A DNA stretch of 64,000 nt from an uncultured Acidimicrobiia bacterium (GTDB lineage: Bacteria > Actinomycetota > Acidimicrobiia > IMCC26256 > PALSA-555), in NCBI GenBank assembly GCA_963720675.1, contig CAVRGH010000003.1, positions 175,503 through 239,502 of the forward strand. The letters run 5' to 3'. The position numbers were made by a program, and so were the translations under genes. This document shows, piece by piece, positions 9,814-18,655 of this stretch (positions are counted from its first letter, which is position 1; each line of letters opens with the position of its first letter). The notes under the pieces were generated by a model. That model was not told the origin of the DNA. It saw only the letters and a list, made by a program, of their open reading frames with translations, and did no database searches.

Positions 9814-10590
9814 TCAGTGTGGGAACTCGCCGGCGTTCACCAGCAGTGACTGCGACGTGACCATGCGGGCCCGATCCGACGCGAAGAACACGACGACCTC
9901 GGCGATGTCGCCGTCGGTCGGGATCTCACCGAGCGGCATGTTCGCGGTGATCCCACCGACGATCTCCTCGGGCGCCACCCCCTGCGCCTTCGACATCATC
10001 TCGACGTAGCCCTCGACGGGCGGTCCCCACATCCACGTCGGGACGACGGTGTTCACCCGGATCTTGTCGGGTCCGAGCTCCTTGGCGAGGTAGTGCATCG
10101 CGGTGGTGAGCGCGCCCTTCGACGACGCGTACGCCATCTGCATCATCTGGGGCCAGTAGCTCGCCTGCGCGCCGATGAAGACGATCGCCCCGCCGCGCAC
10201 CTTGAGGTGGGGGATCGCCGCCTCGCAGACGCGCAGCGACCCGAACACGTTGGTCTCGAAGGTGGCCCGCCAGTCGTCGAAGTCGGTGCCGACGAGCCCG
10301 CCGAACGTCGTGTCCAGGGCCGCGCAGTTGACGACGGCATCGAGCCGCCCGAAACGCTTCGCCGTCGTGTCGGCGAGCCGGGTGCACTGCTCGGGCACCG
10401 TGATGTCGGTCACCTGGAACGCGACCCGCTCGCCCGACGGGTCGATCCCGTCGGCAACCGCGCGCAGCTGTTCCTCGCGCCGGGCGCCCAGCATCACCGA
10501 CGCGCCCTCGCGCACCGCCGCGGTCGCGATCTCGCGCCCGAGCCCCGGACCGACGCCCGAGACCACCATCACCTTGCCGTCCAGCAACAC
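9814..10590 (-). CDS. SDR family oxidoreductase
   Basis: 258 aa with the Rossmann motif VSGVGPGLGREIA and the catalytic pair in YASSKGAL (Y-x-x-x-K). Confidence 0.9.
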   Translation of the reverse strand: MLLDGKVMVVSGVGPGLGREIATAAVREGASVMLGARREEQLRAVADGIDPSGERVAFQVTDITVPEQCTRLADTTAKRFGRLDAVVNCAALDTTFGGLVGTDFDDWRATFETNVFGSLRVCEAAIPHLKVRGGAIVFIGAQASYWPQMMQMAYASSKGALTTAMHYLAKELGPDKIRVNTVVPTWMWGPPVEGYVEMMSKAQGVAPEEIVGGITANMPLGEIPTDGDIAEVVVFFASDRARMVTSQSLLVNAGEFPH

Positions 10591-10626
10591 GCCGTACCCC
10601 CTCCGCTTCCTCGGAAGCCTGCGTTC

Positions 10627-10672
10627 GGACCTGCGTCTCTCACCCCGGCATAGCAGGGTGAGAGACGCATCC
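10627..10672 (-). repeat. 46-nt REP-like hairpin element, copy 2 (inverted relative to copy 1)
   Basis: The reverse complement reads ggatgcgtctctcaccc-tgctatgcc-ggggtgagagacgcaggtcc, with a perfect 13-bp core stem. Confidence 0.8.
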
Positions 10673-10675
10673 GGG

Positions 10676-12311
10676 TCAGGCGGCGTCGCGCCGGCCGTCC
10701 GCGATGCGGCGGGCGACGGACGCGGTCGGTTCGTGGCCGGTCAGCGCGATCAGGAAGTCCTCGCGCTCGAGCGCGTACAGGGTGACGTCGGTGCGGGCCT
10801 TCACGGTCGCCGTGCGCGGCACGTCGTGCAGCAGCGCGATCTCGCCGAACCCTTCACCCCGACCGAGCACCGCGACGCGCTCGTCGTCCCTCAGCACCTC
10901 GACCTCCCCCGTCGGCGATCGCGAAGTACTGGTCGCCCCGGTCGCCTGCCCGCACGACGACGGTTCCGGCCGCGACCTCCCGGGACGTGAGCGCCCCCGC
11001 CAACGCCTCGAGCGACGAGGTCGGCAGCGGCTCGAAGATCGGCAACCGCCGCAGGAGCGCGAGCTCGACGATCGGCACCTGGGCGGCCTCGTCGACGGCC
11101 AGCACCGCACCGAACCGAACCGCCGCGAGCGCCGCCACCAACACGCCGACGCCGATCAGCGCGGCTTCGGGGCCGCCGAGCGCCACGAGCACGGGGACGA
11201 CGACCGCACCCAGCGCGAGCCCCAACATCGCGAGACCCTCGGCGATGCCGAACACTCGCGACACGACGTGTGGTGGTGACGAGCGCAGCAAGAGGGTGCG
11301 CGCACCGAGGTCGAGCACCGCTCGTCCGCCGCCGGCGATCACGAGGAGGGCAAACGCTGCCGCGGTGCTCGGCGCCGCGCCGAGCACGATCAGGGCCGCG
11401 CCCCAGGTGAGCGCGCCACCCACGACCGCGGGAGCGAGGCGGCGACCGCCGACGAGCAGGACGGCGGCGGAGATCCCGATGAGGCCGCCTGCCCCGAAGG
11501 CGGCTTCGAGGTAGCCCGCGCCACTCGGACCGAGGTCCAGCAGGTCGAGCGCGAGCACCACCGCGAGGAGGTCGATCGCACCCCACGCGACGTGCTCCAA
11601 CCCGAGGAACCCCACCATGAGGCGCGCCGGCTGGTGGTCGAGGAGCGTTCGGAATCCCTCGGTCACCTCACGTGCGCCGCGCGCGGCCAGGTCGTCGGCC
11701 GCGGTCCGGCGCGGGTCGGGGTCGCTCGCCCGCAACGGTGCGATCGCGGCGGCCCCCAGCGCGAGCAGCACTGCCATGGTGGCGAACACCGTCCCGACGT
11801 CGGCGACCGCGAGGAGCAGCCCGGCGATCGCCGGCGCGATCAACACCGACGAGTTCTCGATCCACCCCGAGCTCACCATCGCGGCCATGAGCTCGCGTGG
11901 TGATCGCGACATCGCGGGAGTCAGCACGGCCTGGGTCGGGCGGCTCACGGTGAACGCCATGGTCGCGATCGCGGCCGAGCCGTACGCAACGAGGTCCGGA
12001 CCCCCGAGGAGCAGCACCGCGGCCGTCGTCGCGAGCGCGAGCGCCTGCGCGGTGTAGCCCGCCGTCTGCACCTTCGTCGGCGCGGCCCGGTCGGCGAGCG
12101 TGCCGAGGAAGGGCGCGACGAGCGCCGCCGGGAGGAGCTGGACGACGGAGACGATCCCCGCCTCCGTCGCGCCGCCGCGCTCGAACGCGAACACGAGCAT
12201 CGCGATCCAGACGGCGTGCTCGGCGAGGTTGAACGCCGCGAACCCGCCCTGGGCGCGCCGCAGGTCGGGATTGCGCAGCACGGCGCGCAGGGTCTCCCGC
12301 GAGCGGCTCAT
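10676..12311 (-). pseudogene. MFS transporter fused to a C-terminal cyclic-nucleotide-binding domain, 1-nt frame disruption in the C5 run at 10906-10910
   Basis: ORF 10854..12311 encodes an MFS with about 12 TM helices and ends ...[52 protein letters not shown] 10676..11110 continues in another frame with [37 protein letters not shown]..., which carries the cNMP-binding FGE and RTA signatures. Removing one C joins the two frames. Confidence 0.8.
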
Positions 12312-12323
12312 CCCGATCGGTGC

Positions 12324-12668
12324 CTACGACCGATGCTTGCGGCGATATCGCACTGCAGCGATCGCTCCTGCGATCACCGCGCCCGACGCGAGGACGATCG
12401 CTCCGTTCCGCAGGAGGATCTTGGTGCGGTCGCTGCCGTCGTCCGCGCCTTCCGTGGCTTCGACGTCGTCGAGCGAGATCTCGCGGTGGCCGCCGGTCTC
12501 GTCAGGAAACGAGAGGACGGCCTCTCCGAACGCGGGCTCGCGCTTCAGGTCCTCGAGGTGCTTCGGGTACAGGTCGGCGCCGAGACCCTCGGGGACCTCG
12601 CCGAGCACGGGGTCGTCGTCCTGCTCGTCGTCTCGCTCGTGGTCGCGCTCGTCCGGTGCGTCACCCAT
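12324..12668 (-). CDS. hypothetical acidic protein with C-terminal TM anchor
   Basis: 114-aa ORF with a very acidic N-terminal half and the C-terminal helix GAIVLASGAVIAGAIAAV. No family was recognised. Confidence 0.5.
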   Translation of the reverse strand: MGDAPDERDHERDDEQDDDPVLGEVPEGLGADLYPKHLEDLKREPAFGEAVLSFPDETGGHREISLDDVEATEGADDGSDRTKILLRNGAIVLASGAVIAGAIAAVRYRRKHRS

Positions 12669-12692
12669 GACGCCAGCATGACGTACCAGCGC

Positions 12693-13244
12693 TCACAGCG
12701 CCTCCCAGTGCCAGGCTTCCTCGTTCGCCCCGCCCGGTCGCACCGAGTCGGGTTGGAAGAACCCGAACCGCGCCGCGTTCGCGACGAGCCACTGGTAGCC
12801 CGGCGACGTGAAGGTGAGCTCACCGAGCCGGTCCTCGAAGTCGACCGCATGGCCCCACCCGTGCTTGCTCGTCCCCGGTTGCGCGGCATTCCCGCACTTG
12901 TCGATGGAGCAGTAGTAGGTCCGCCACCAGACCTGCATGTCGTAGGTGCGGTAGCAGGACTCGATGCGCGGGGGAGGTGCGACGCCCGGTGGGAGGTAGC
13001 TGCTCGTCTCCGGCGCCAGCCCGACGCCTGCGGCCTTCGCGGCGACGAGCAGCGCGCCGAGCTGGTCCGCGAGCTCCGCTGCGACCTGGCACTGCGGGGT
13101 GACCGCGACGGTGGAGTCGGCGGGGAAGCGTCCGTTGGCTCCGGGCGCGGGCGGCGACGGTGCGACGTGCGCACATCCGGCCGCGATCGCGCCCAGGACG
13201 AGTGCGCCTGCCGCGGTCCGGATCAGCCCGATTCCCAGTGCCAC
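12693..13244 (-). CDS. peptidase M15 (VanY-like D-Ala-D-Ala carboxypeptidase family) lipoprotein
   Basis: This is the C-terminal part of ORF 12693..13979. It has a lipobox (LVLGAIAAGC), SKHGWGHAVDF (S-x-H-x-x-G-x-A-x-D) and EAWHWE. The GTG start at 13244 is tentative. Confidence 0.75.
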   Translation of the reverse strand: MALGIGLIRTAAGALVLGAIAAGCAHVAPSPPAPGANGRFPADSTVAVTPQCQVAAELADQLGALLVAAKAAGVGLAPETSSYLPPGVAPPPRIESCYRTYDMQVWWRTYYCSIDKCGNAAQPGTSKHGWGHAVDFEDRLGELTFTSPGYQWLVANAARFGFFQPDSVRPGGANEEAWHWEAL

Positions 13245-13738
13245 GGCTCGGGGTTGGGTCCGAAGAACTGGACCGACGGTGGTTGGAAGAACCCGAAGCG
13301 CGCCGCGTTCGCGTAGAGCCACCGGTAGCCGGGCGACGACCACGTGAGCTCGCCGCCACCGTCCTCGAAGTCGACGGCGCGCCCGAGCCCGTGCTTGCTG
13401 GTGCCGGGGACGGCGGCGAGTCCGCACTTGCCGATCGAGCAGTAGTAGTTCCGCCACCACACCTGCATGTCGTAGCTGCGGTAGCAGGACTCGATGCGCG
13501 GTGGCGGGGCCACGCCGGCGGGGAGGTAGCTGCTGCGCTCCGGTGCGAGCCCGATCCCGGCCGCCTGAGCCTCGGCGAGCATGACCGCGAGGCGTATCGC
13601 GATGTCGTTCGCGACGACGCACTCGGGGCTGATCGGGGTGAGCGCGCTCGGTGGGAAGCGACCGTTCGGTCCGGGAAGGCAGCCCGCGGCCAGCGCGGCG
13701 ACGCCGAGCGCGGCGAGCACGAGCCGCACGCGTCTCAT
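13223..13738 (-). CDS. peptidase M15 (VanY-like) lipoprotein, tandem paralog
   Basis: 171 aa with a lipobox (LAALGVAALAAGC), SKHGLGRAVDF and EPWHWE. It is collinear with the downstream copy, sharing PPPRIESCYR.YDMQVWWR.YYCSI.KCG. Confidence 0.85.
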   Translation of the reverse strand: MRRVRLVLAALGVAALAAGCLPGPNGRFPPSALTPISPECVVANDIAIRLAVMLAEAQAAGIGLAPERSSYLPAGVAPPPRIESCYRSYDMQVWWRNYYCSIGKCGLAAVPGTSKHGLGRAVDFEDGGGELTWSSPGYRWLYANAARFGFFQPPSVQFFGPNPEPWHWESG

Positions 13739-14736
13739 GCGATGGGTTGCGCGGCCGGCGGGTCACCCGACGGTGGTTGCGCGACGGTCGGCGCCTCGCC
13801 GGCGAGCACGCGCAGCCGTTCGATGCGCTCGTCGAGCAGCAGCTCCTTCGCAAGACGCTGCACAGTGCGCGACTTCGACCCGGCGACGACGTTGGCCGGG
13901 AACTCGATCCACAGCGGTGCCGTGGCGCGGGTGACGCGGAGCACGTTCGACGGGTCCGCGTCGAGCTTCTCGAGCGCACGAACGAGCGAGAGCGGGTTGC
14001 GGGTGAAGCGCACGGCTTCCTTGTCGCGCTCCTCGCCCTGGTCGCGCAGCGCCCACACTTGCAACCACTCGCCGAAGCGGCGAGCCGGGTAGCCGAGGAT
14101 CGCCTTCAGGATCTGGTCCTCGTCGCTGTCGACCGCACTGATCGCGCCGCTGGTCAGCGCCACCGTCCAGCTCGACAGCGCGACGTCCCAGCTGCGGATC
14201 CGGCTCACCTCGTAGGCGAGCACGGCTTCGAGCTCGTCGCGCGACAGCACGTCGCTCAGCCCGGTGGTCACGCCGACGATCGCGGTACCGGGTCGCGTCC
14301 CGACGCCGAACGAGTTCGGAGCGGGGTCGTCGATGACCGCGAAGCGTGGCGGCGGGATGTCGGCTGCGATCGCCAGGCCGTCGAGCAGGTTGCGGACCTC
14401 CCGGTGCGCCGTGCCGTCGGCGATCTGTGCGCCCGTCTCGCGTAGCACCTGGTGCTCGAGCCGGCGGCGGGCGAACGGGATCTTCACCAGCGAGATGAAC
14501 AACCCGACCACGAACGACACCGCGACGATGCCGCCGAGCCCGATGCCCATCCACCTCAGCTCGTCGACCGACCCGGGGATGATCTCGAGCTTGAAGATCG
14601 CGAGCAGGGCGATCCCGAGCATGACCGCGACGGTCGCGAGCGCGATCGCGAGCATGTAGTTGAGCGTCGCGAGCAGGATCAGCGCGACGATCCGCACGCG
14701 ATTGCGCCGCGCGAAGAGGCTGGTCGTGTCGGCCAC
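13735..14736 (-). CDS. M48/HtpX-like membrane protein with degenerate zinc-binding motif
   Basis: 333 aa with N-terminal TM helices. It has the HtpX-like NSFGVG...VTTGL...ELEAVLAYEVSRIRSWD, but YEVSR sits where HExxH is expected. The stop overlaps the M15 start (ATGA). Confidence 0.75.
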   Translation of the reverse strand: MADTTSLFARRNRVRIVALILLATLNYMLAIALATVAVMLGIALLAIFKLEIIPGSVDELRWMGIGLGGIVAVSFVVGLFISLVKIPFARRRLEHQVLRETGAQIADGTAHREVRNLLDGLAIAADIPPPRFAVIDDPAPNSFGVGTRPGTAIVGVTTGLSDVLSRDELEAVLAYEVSRIRSWDVALSSWTVALTSGAISAVDSDEDQILKAILGYPARRFGEWLQVWALRDQGEERDKEAVRFTRNPLSLVRALEKLDADPSNVLRVTRATAPLWIEFPANVVAGSKSRTVQRLAKELLLDERIERLRVLAGEAPTVAQPPSGDPPAAQPIA

Positions 14737-15072
14737 GCCCGCAGGCTAACCATTCGCCTCTGCTCGCGCCGCGCCGCCGGCACCGGGCGCGACGAGCGGC
14801 TGAGCAACGTCGCCCGGGGGGATGGGACGATGCGCTCAGCCGCTCGTACAGGTGTGTCGGTCGGTGGCCCCTGCCGGCGGGGCCCGGGCTTCCCGGCGTC
14901 GCTCTCGGGTGCGCCGCCTGCCTCGGTCCCGCCGTCCCGTCCGGTGCCGTCCTCCCGTCCACGGTGTCTGCACGAGCTCAGTAGAGACCCGTCGTGGGAC
15001 AGGCGGATTGCCCGATGGGGTCGACCTGGGAACGAGCGTCTGTCGGGAACGTGACGCCGCCGCCGGCGCGGC

Positions 15073-15621
15073 TCAGGAGCCCTTGAGCTTGGCGACCATC
15101 TTCTTGACGATCGCCACGACCCGGTCGAACTCCGGCGACGGATTCTCGATCTTCTCGGCCGGCTGGTAGCCGATCGACATGACCTGCTTGCCGACGCGCA
15201 CGGTGATCCCGTCGGACGCGCCGGGACCGGTGAACCCCGAGTAGGTGCTGTACGCCTCGCTCCCGACGCCTGGCAGGTCGTCGATGCCGACGGTCGTGGA
15301 CTCGTCGAGGAAGGTGCGAACGTCGGGGTAGTCGCGCAGGTACTTCGCGAGGGGCAGCACCGTCACGGTCACGTAGGAGAACCCGTTGCTCCGGTCCGAC
15401 GGATCGGTCTGCCACGAGCAACCGTCGTTGTCGGGCGCACCGGCATCGAACGGCTTCACCTGCATGAACACCGCGGCCTGCTTCCTCGTCAGGAGCTTGC
15501 ACTCGTCGACGGTCTTCGCGCCGAGCACAGCGGCGCCGGCGGGGAGGGTCCCGGCCAGCACGGGCGCGGTCAGCAGCAGGGCAACGAGCGGGGCGGTGAG
15601 CACGAATCCAGTGCGGCGCAT
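15073..15621 (-). CDS. secreted protein, DUF3558-like
   Basis: This is the last 182 codons of ORF 15073..16062. It starts at ATG 15621 with the signal peptide MRRTGFVLTAPLVALLLTAPVLAG, followed by TVDECKLL...DGCSW. Confidence 0.7.
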   Translation of the reverse strand: MRRTGFVLTAPLVALLLTAPVLAGTLPAGAAVLGAKTVDECKLLTRKQAAVFMQVKPFDAGAPDNDGCSWQTDPSDRSNGFSYVTVTVLPLAKYLRDYPDVRTFLDESTTVGIDDLPGVGSEAYSTYSGFTGPGASDGITVRVGKQVMSIGYQPAEKIENPSPEFDRVVAIVKKMVAKLKGS

Positions 15622-15664
15622 GGCGGGAGCGTACGCGACCGGTTCCGGCCTAGCCTGCGGCCTC

Positions 15665-16858
15665 GTGACCTCCACCACGGACTTCGATCGCGACGACCTG
15701 CTGGCGCGGGGCCAGGAACGGGCCGGCGGGCTCACCGAGCTCGGCCCCGGCCAGTTCCTCGAGGGCCTCGACCGCTTCGTCGACTCGCTCAACCGCGATG
15801 CCCGGCTGAACGACATCGGCCGGTTCATCGCAGAGGAACGCATCCTCCTGCACATCAACAACCGGCTGCAGTACGTCCGCGACCGCGAGCGGTACCCGGA
15901 GATCGCCCGGGTCGACGTCGTGAAGCCCGTCTTCATCGTCGGCCTCCCGCGGACGGGCACGACGATCCTGCACGACATCCTCAACCAGGATCCGGCCAAC
16001 CGCGCGCCGCTCACCTGGGAGCTGATGTTCCCGTCGCCGCCCCCGGAGGCATCGGTCGGCAACGACGACCCCCGCGTCGAGGCGTGTCAGGCGACGATCC
16101 CGAGCGGCGACCTCCAGTCGACGATGTTCGCCGCGATGCATCCGATGGGGGCGACGCTCTCGCAGGAGTGCGTCGTGATGATGGGTGAGGCGATGTGCAC
16201 CGCCCTCTTCCACAACCAGTTCCGCGTCCCGACGTACCAGGACTGGGTCGACGACGAGGCCGACTACTCGGCCGTCTACGACTTCCACCGCAAGCAGCTC
16301 CAGCACCTCTGGTGGCACAAGCCCGGCGACCGCTGGATGCTCAAGACCGGCGCGCACATGTGGGGGATCGCGGAGCTGCTCGAGACCTACCCCGACGCCC
16401 GCATCGTGTTCACGCACCGCGACCCGGTGAAGTCGATGACGTCGTACGCGAGCCTGACCGCGCTGGTGCGCTCGAAGGGGAGCGACGAGGTCGACCGGTT
16501 CGAGATCGCGGCGGACTGGACCGCCCGCCTGAAGATGGTGCTCGAGCGAACGATGGCGGTGCGTGCGGCGAAGGAGTACCCCGACGCCGTCTTCTATGAC
16601 ATGTACTTCACCGACTTCGTGGCCGACCAGTTCCTCGAGATCGAGAAGATCTACGACGCGCTCGATCTGCCGATGTCAGCCGTAGGCGCATCCGGGATGC
16701 GCGAGTACATCGCCGATCACCCGAAGGGCAAGGACGGCATCCACCGCTACAAGGCGGCCGACTACGGCGTCGACCCCGTGACCGTGCGCAAGGAGTTCGC
16801 CCCGTACATCGAGCGGTTCGGGCTCGAACCGGAAGCGGGCGACGAGGACGCGGCGTAG
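15665..16858 (+). CDS. sulfotransferase family protein
   Basis: It has the PAPS 5'-phosphosulfate-binding loop VGLPRTGTTILHDIL, then RIVFTHRDPVKSMTS. GTG 15665 is preferred over ATG 15620, which would overlap the divergent start. Confidence 0.8.
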   Translation: MTSTTDFDRDDLLARGQERAGGLTELGPGQFLEGLDRFVDSLNRDARLNDIGRFIAEERILLHINNRLQYVRDRERYPEIARVDVVKPVFIVGLPRTGTTILHDILNQDPANRAPLTWELMFPSPPPEASVGNDDPRVEACQATIPSGDLQSTMFAAMHPMGATLSQECVVMMGEAMCTALFHNQFRVPTYQDWVDDEADYSAVYDFHRKQLQHLWWHKPGDRWMLKTGAHMWGIAELLETYPDARIVFTHRDPVKSMTSYASLTALVRSKGSDEVDRFEIAADWTARLKMVLERTMAVRAAKEYPDAVFYDMYFTDFVADQFLEIEKIYDALDLPMSAVGASGMREYIADHPKGKDGIHRYKAADYGVDPVTVRKEFAPYIERFGLEPEAGDEDAA

Positions 16859-18189
16859 CGCGTCAGGTCGGCGATCTCGACCCTGACCCGGTAGCCCTCG
16901 GCGCCGAGGGCCACCACGATCTCGTCGACGTGCTCCCGGTCGCGCGTCTCGATGACGAGCACGAGGCGCGCGCCCTTCAGGCCGATCGCGAGCACGTCGC
17001 GCCGGTGTTCCACCTCGACGACGTTGGCGCCCGAGCGCCCGACGATCGTGGTGATGCTCCCGAGCGCACCCGGCGTGTCGTTGATGTCGAGCACGAGCCG
17101 GGTGATGCGCCCGGTGCGAGCGAGCGAGCGCAGGATCACCGACGTCAGCAGGCGCGGGTCGATGTTGCCGCCGCTCAGCACCAGCCCGACTCGTCGGCCC
17201 CGGAAGCGCTCGGGGTGCTCGAGCAACGCAGCCAGTGATGCCGCGCCGGCGCCCTCGGCGATCACCTTCTCGATCTCCAGGTAGAGGCTGATCGCCTCCT
17301 CGAGGTGCGCCTCGCTGACCGTGACGACGTCGTCGACCAGCGCGCTGATGATCTCGGTCGTGACGATCCCGGCCTCGCTCACTGCGATGCCCTCGGCGAT
17401 GGTGCTGCACGCCACGATCCGCGGCCCTTCGGCGAGCGCGGTCACCATCGACGGGCACTCGGCAGCCTGGACCCCGATCAGCTCGACGTGCGGTGCCCGA
17501 GCCCGGGCCGCGACCGCCATGCCGGAGAGCAGGCCGCCGCCGCCGACCGGCACGACCAGCGCGTCGAGGTCTGGCTCGGCGTCCAGCATGTCGAGCGCGA
17601 GCGTGCCCTGTCCTGCGATCACCGCGGGGTCGTCGTAGGGCGAGATGAAGGTGCTGCCTCGGCGATCAGCGAGCTCGATCGCCGCCAGCCGAGCGGCCTG
17701 GAAGTCGGCTCCGGCCTCCACGATGGTGGCGCCCAGGGCTTTGGTGCGGGTGACCTTCACGAAGGGTGTGCCCTCCGGCATCACGATCGTCGCGTCGATG
17801 CCGAGCAGCGCCGCGTGATGCGCGACGCCTTGGCCGTGGTTGCCGGCCGACGCCGCGACAACCCCGCGAGCGCGTGTCGCGTCGTCCATCAAGCGCAACC
17901 GGTTGCAGGCGCCGCGCTCCTTGAACGACGCGGTGAACTGCAGGTTCTCGAACTTCACCATCACGTCGGCGCCGGTGATCGCGGACAGGGTGCGCGACGG
18001 CGAGGGTGTTGTCACGATCGCGCCCGCGATGCGGTCGGCGGCGGCGTCGACGTCCGCGGCAGTTACCGGGAGCGTCGATGCCGCGGGACGGGGGCGCGAG
18101 GCACACCCCAGGTTGGCCGGAACCGCGGCAGAGCGAAAGTCGTGGGCACCGGCCGGGACTTGTCCCGCAACGCAGGCGTGGACGACCAT
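16762..18189 (-). CDS. ilvA: threonine ammonia-lyase (PLP-dependent) with C-terminal ACT-like domain
   Basis: The PLP lysine motif is FENLQFTASFKERGA, with AASAGNHGQGVA and VPVGGGGLLSG. The C-terminal regulatory domain reads RLVLDINDTPGALGSI. The exact start is uncertain. The last ~30 codons overlap the convergent sulfotransferase gene and look non-coding. Confidence 0.85.
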   Translation of the reverse strand: MVVHACVAGQVPAGAHDFRSAAVPANLGCASRPRPAASTLPVTAADVDAAADRIAGAIVTTPSPSRTLSAITGADVMVKFENLQFTASFKERGACNRLRLMDDATRARGVVAASAGNHGQGVAHHAALLGIDATIVMPEGTPFVKVTRTKALGATIVEAGADFQAARLAAIELADRRGSTFISPYDDPAVIAGQGTLALDMLDAEPDLDALVVPVGGGGLLSGMAVAARARAPHVELIGVQAAECPSMVTALAEGPRIVACSTIAEGIAVSEAGIVTTEIISALVDDVVTVSEAHLEEAISLYLEIEKVIAEGAGAASLAALLEHPERFRGRRVGLVLSGGNIDPRLLTSVILRSLARTGRITRLVLDINDTPGALGSITTIVGRSGANVVEVEHRRDVLAIGLKGARLVLVIETRDREHVDEIVVALGAEGYRVRVEIADLTRYAASSSPASGSSPNRSMYGANSLRTVTGSTP

Positions 18190-18550
18190 GACGCCTCACT
18201 CGGCGAAGGGCGGCTCGGTGCGACGGCTCGGAAGCATGATGCTCGCGGTGGTCACGGCGGGGATGCTCACCGTCGGAACTGGAACGACGGTCGGTGCGTC
18301 CACTGGCGCCAAGTCGTCGAGCTGCCCGAAAGGTACCCAGCGGAACGAGGGGGCGTGCATCGAGGCCAAGCTCCGCCCGGCGCCGCTCTCGTGGCGGGAG
18401 GCGAATCGCTTCTGTCTCGACAAGCACCGGCGTCTCCCCACGCTCGCGGAGCTCCAGACCCTCTTCGAGACGACGAGCACGGAGACGTCGACGTCCGAGT
18501 GGTACAACCTGCGCTACCGCGCCGCGGGGAACAGCTGGCAGGCGTGGTGA
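18188..18550 (+). CDS. small secreted protein, DUF1566/Lcl-C-terminal-like
   Basis: It has a signal peptide (MMLAVVTAGMLTVGTGTTVGA) and a Cys-containing mature part with WREANRFCLDKHRRLPTLAELQTLF, resembling the DUF1566 W-RLPT-x-x-EL motif. The start may be 18188 or an internal Met. Confidence 0.5.
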   Translation: MTPHSAKGGSVRRLGSMMLAVVTAGMLTVGTGTTVGASTGAKSSSCPKGTQRNEGACIEAKLRPAPLSWREANRFCLDKHRRLPTLAELQTLFETTSTETSTSEWYNLRYRAAGNSWQAW

Positions 18551-18655
18551 CGGGCGATGGTGAGGTCGACGTGGCGACCGCGAGCGAGCCGCAGGTCTAC
18601 CGCTGCGTCGCCGCGACGTAGTGCCGCTGGTGATGTGCCACAGGGGGGACGACGC

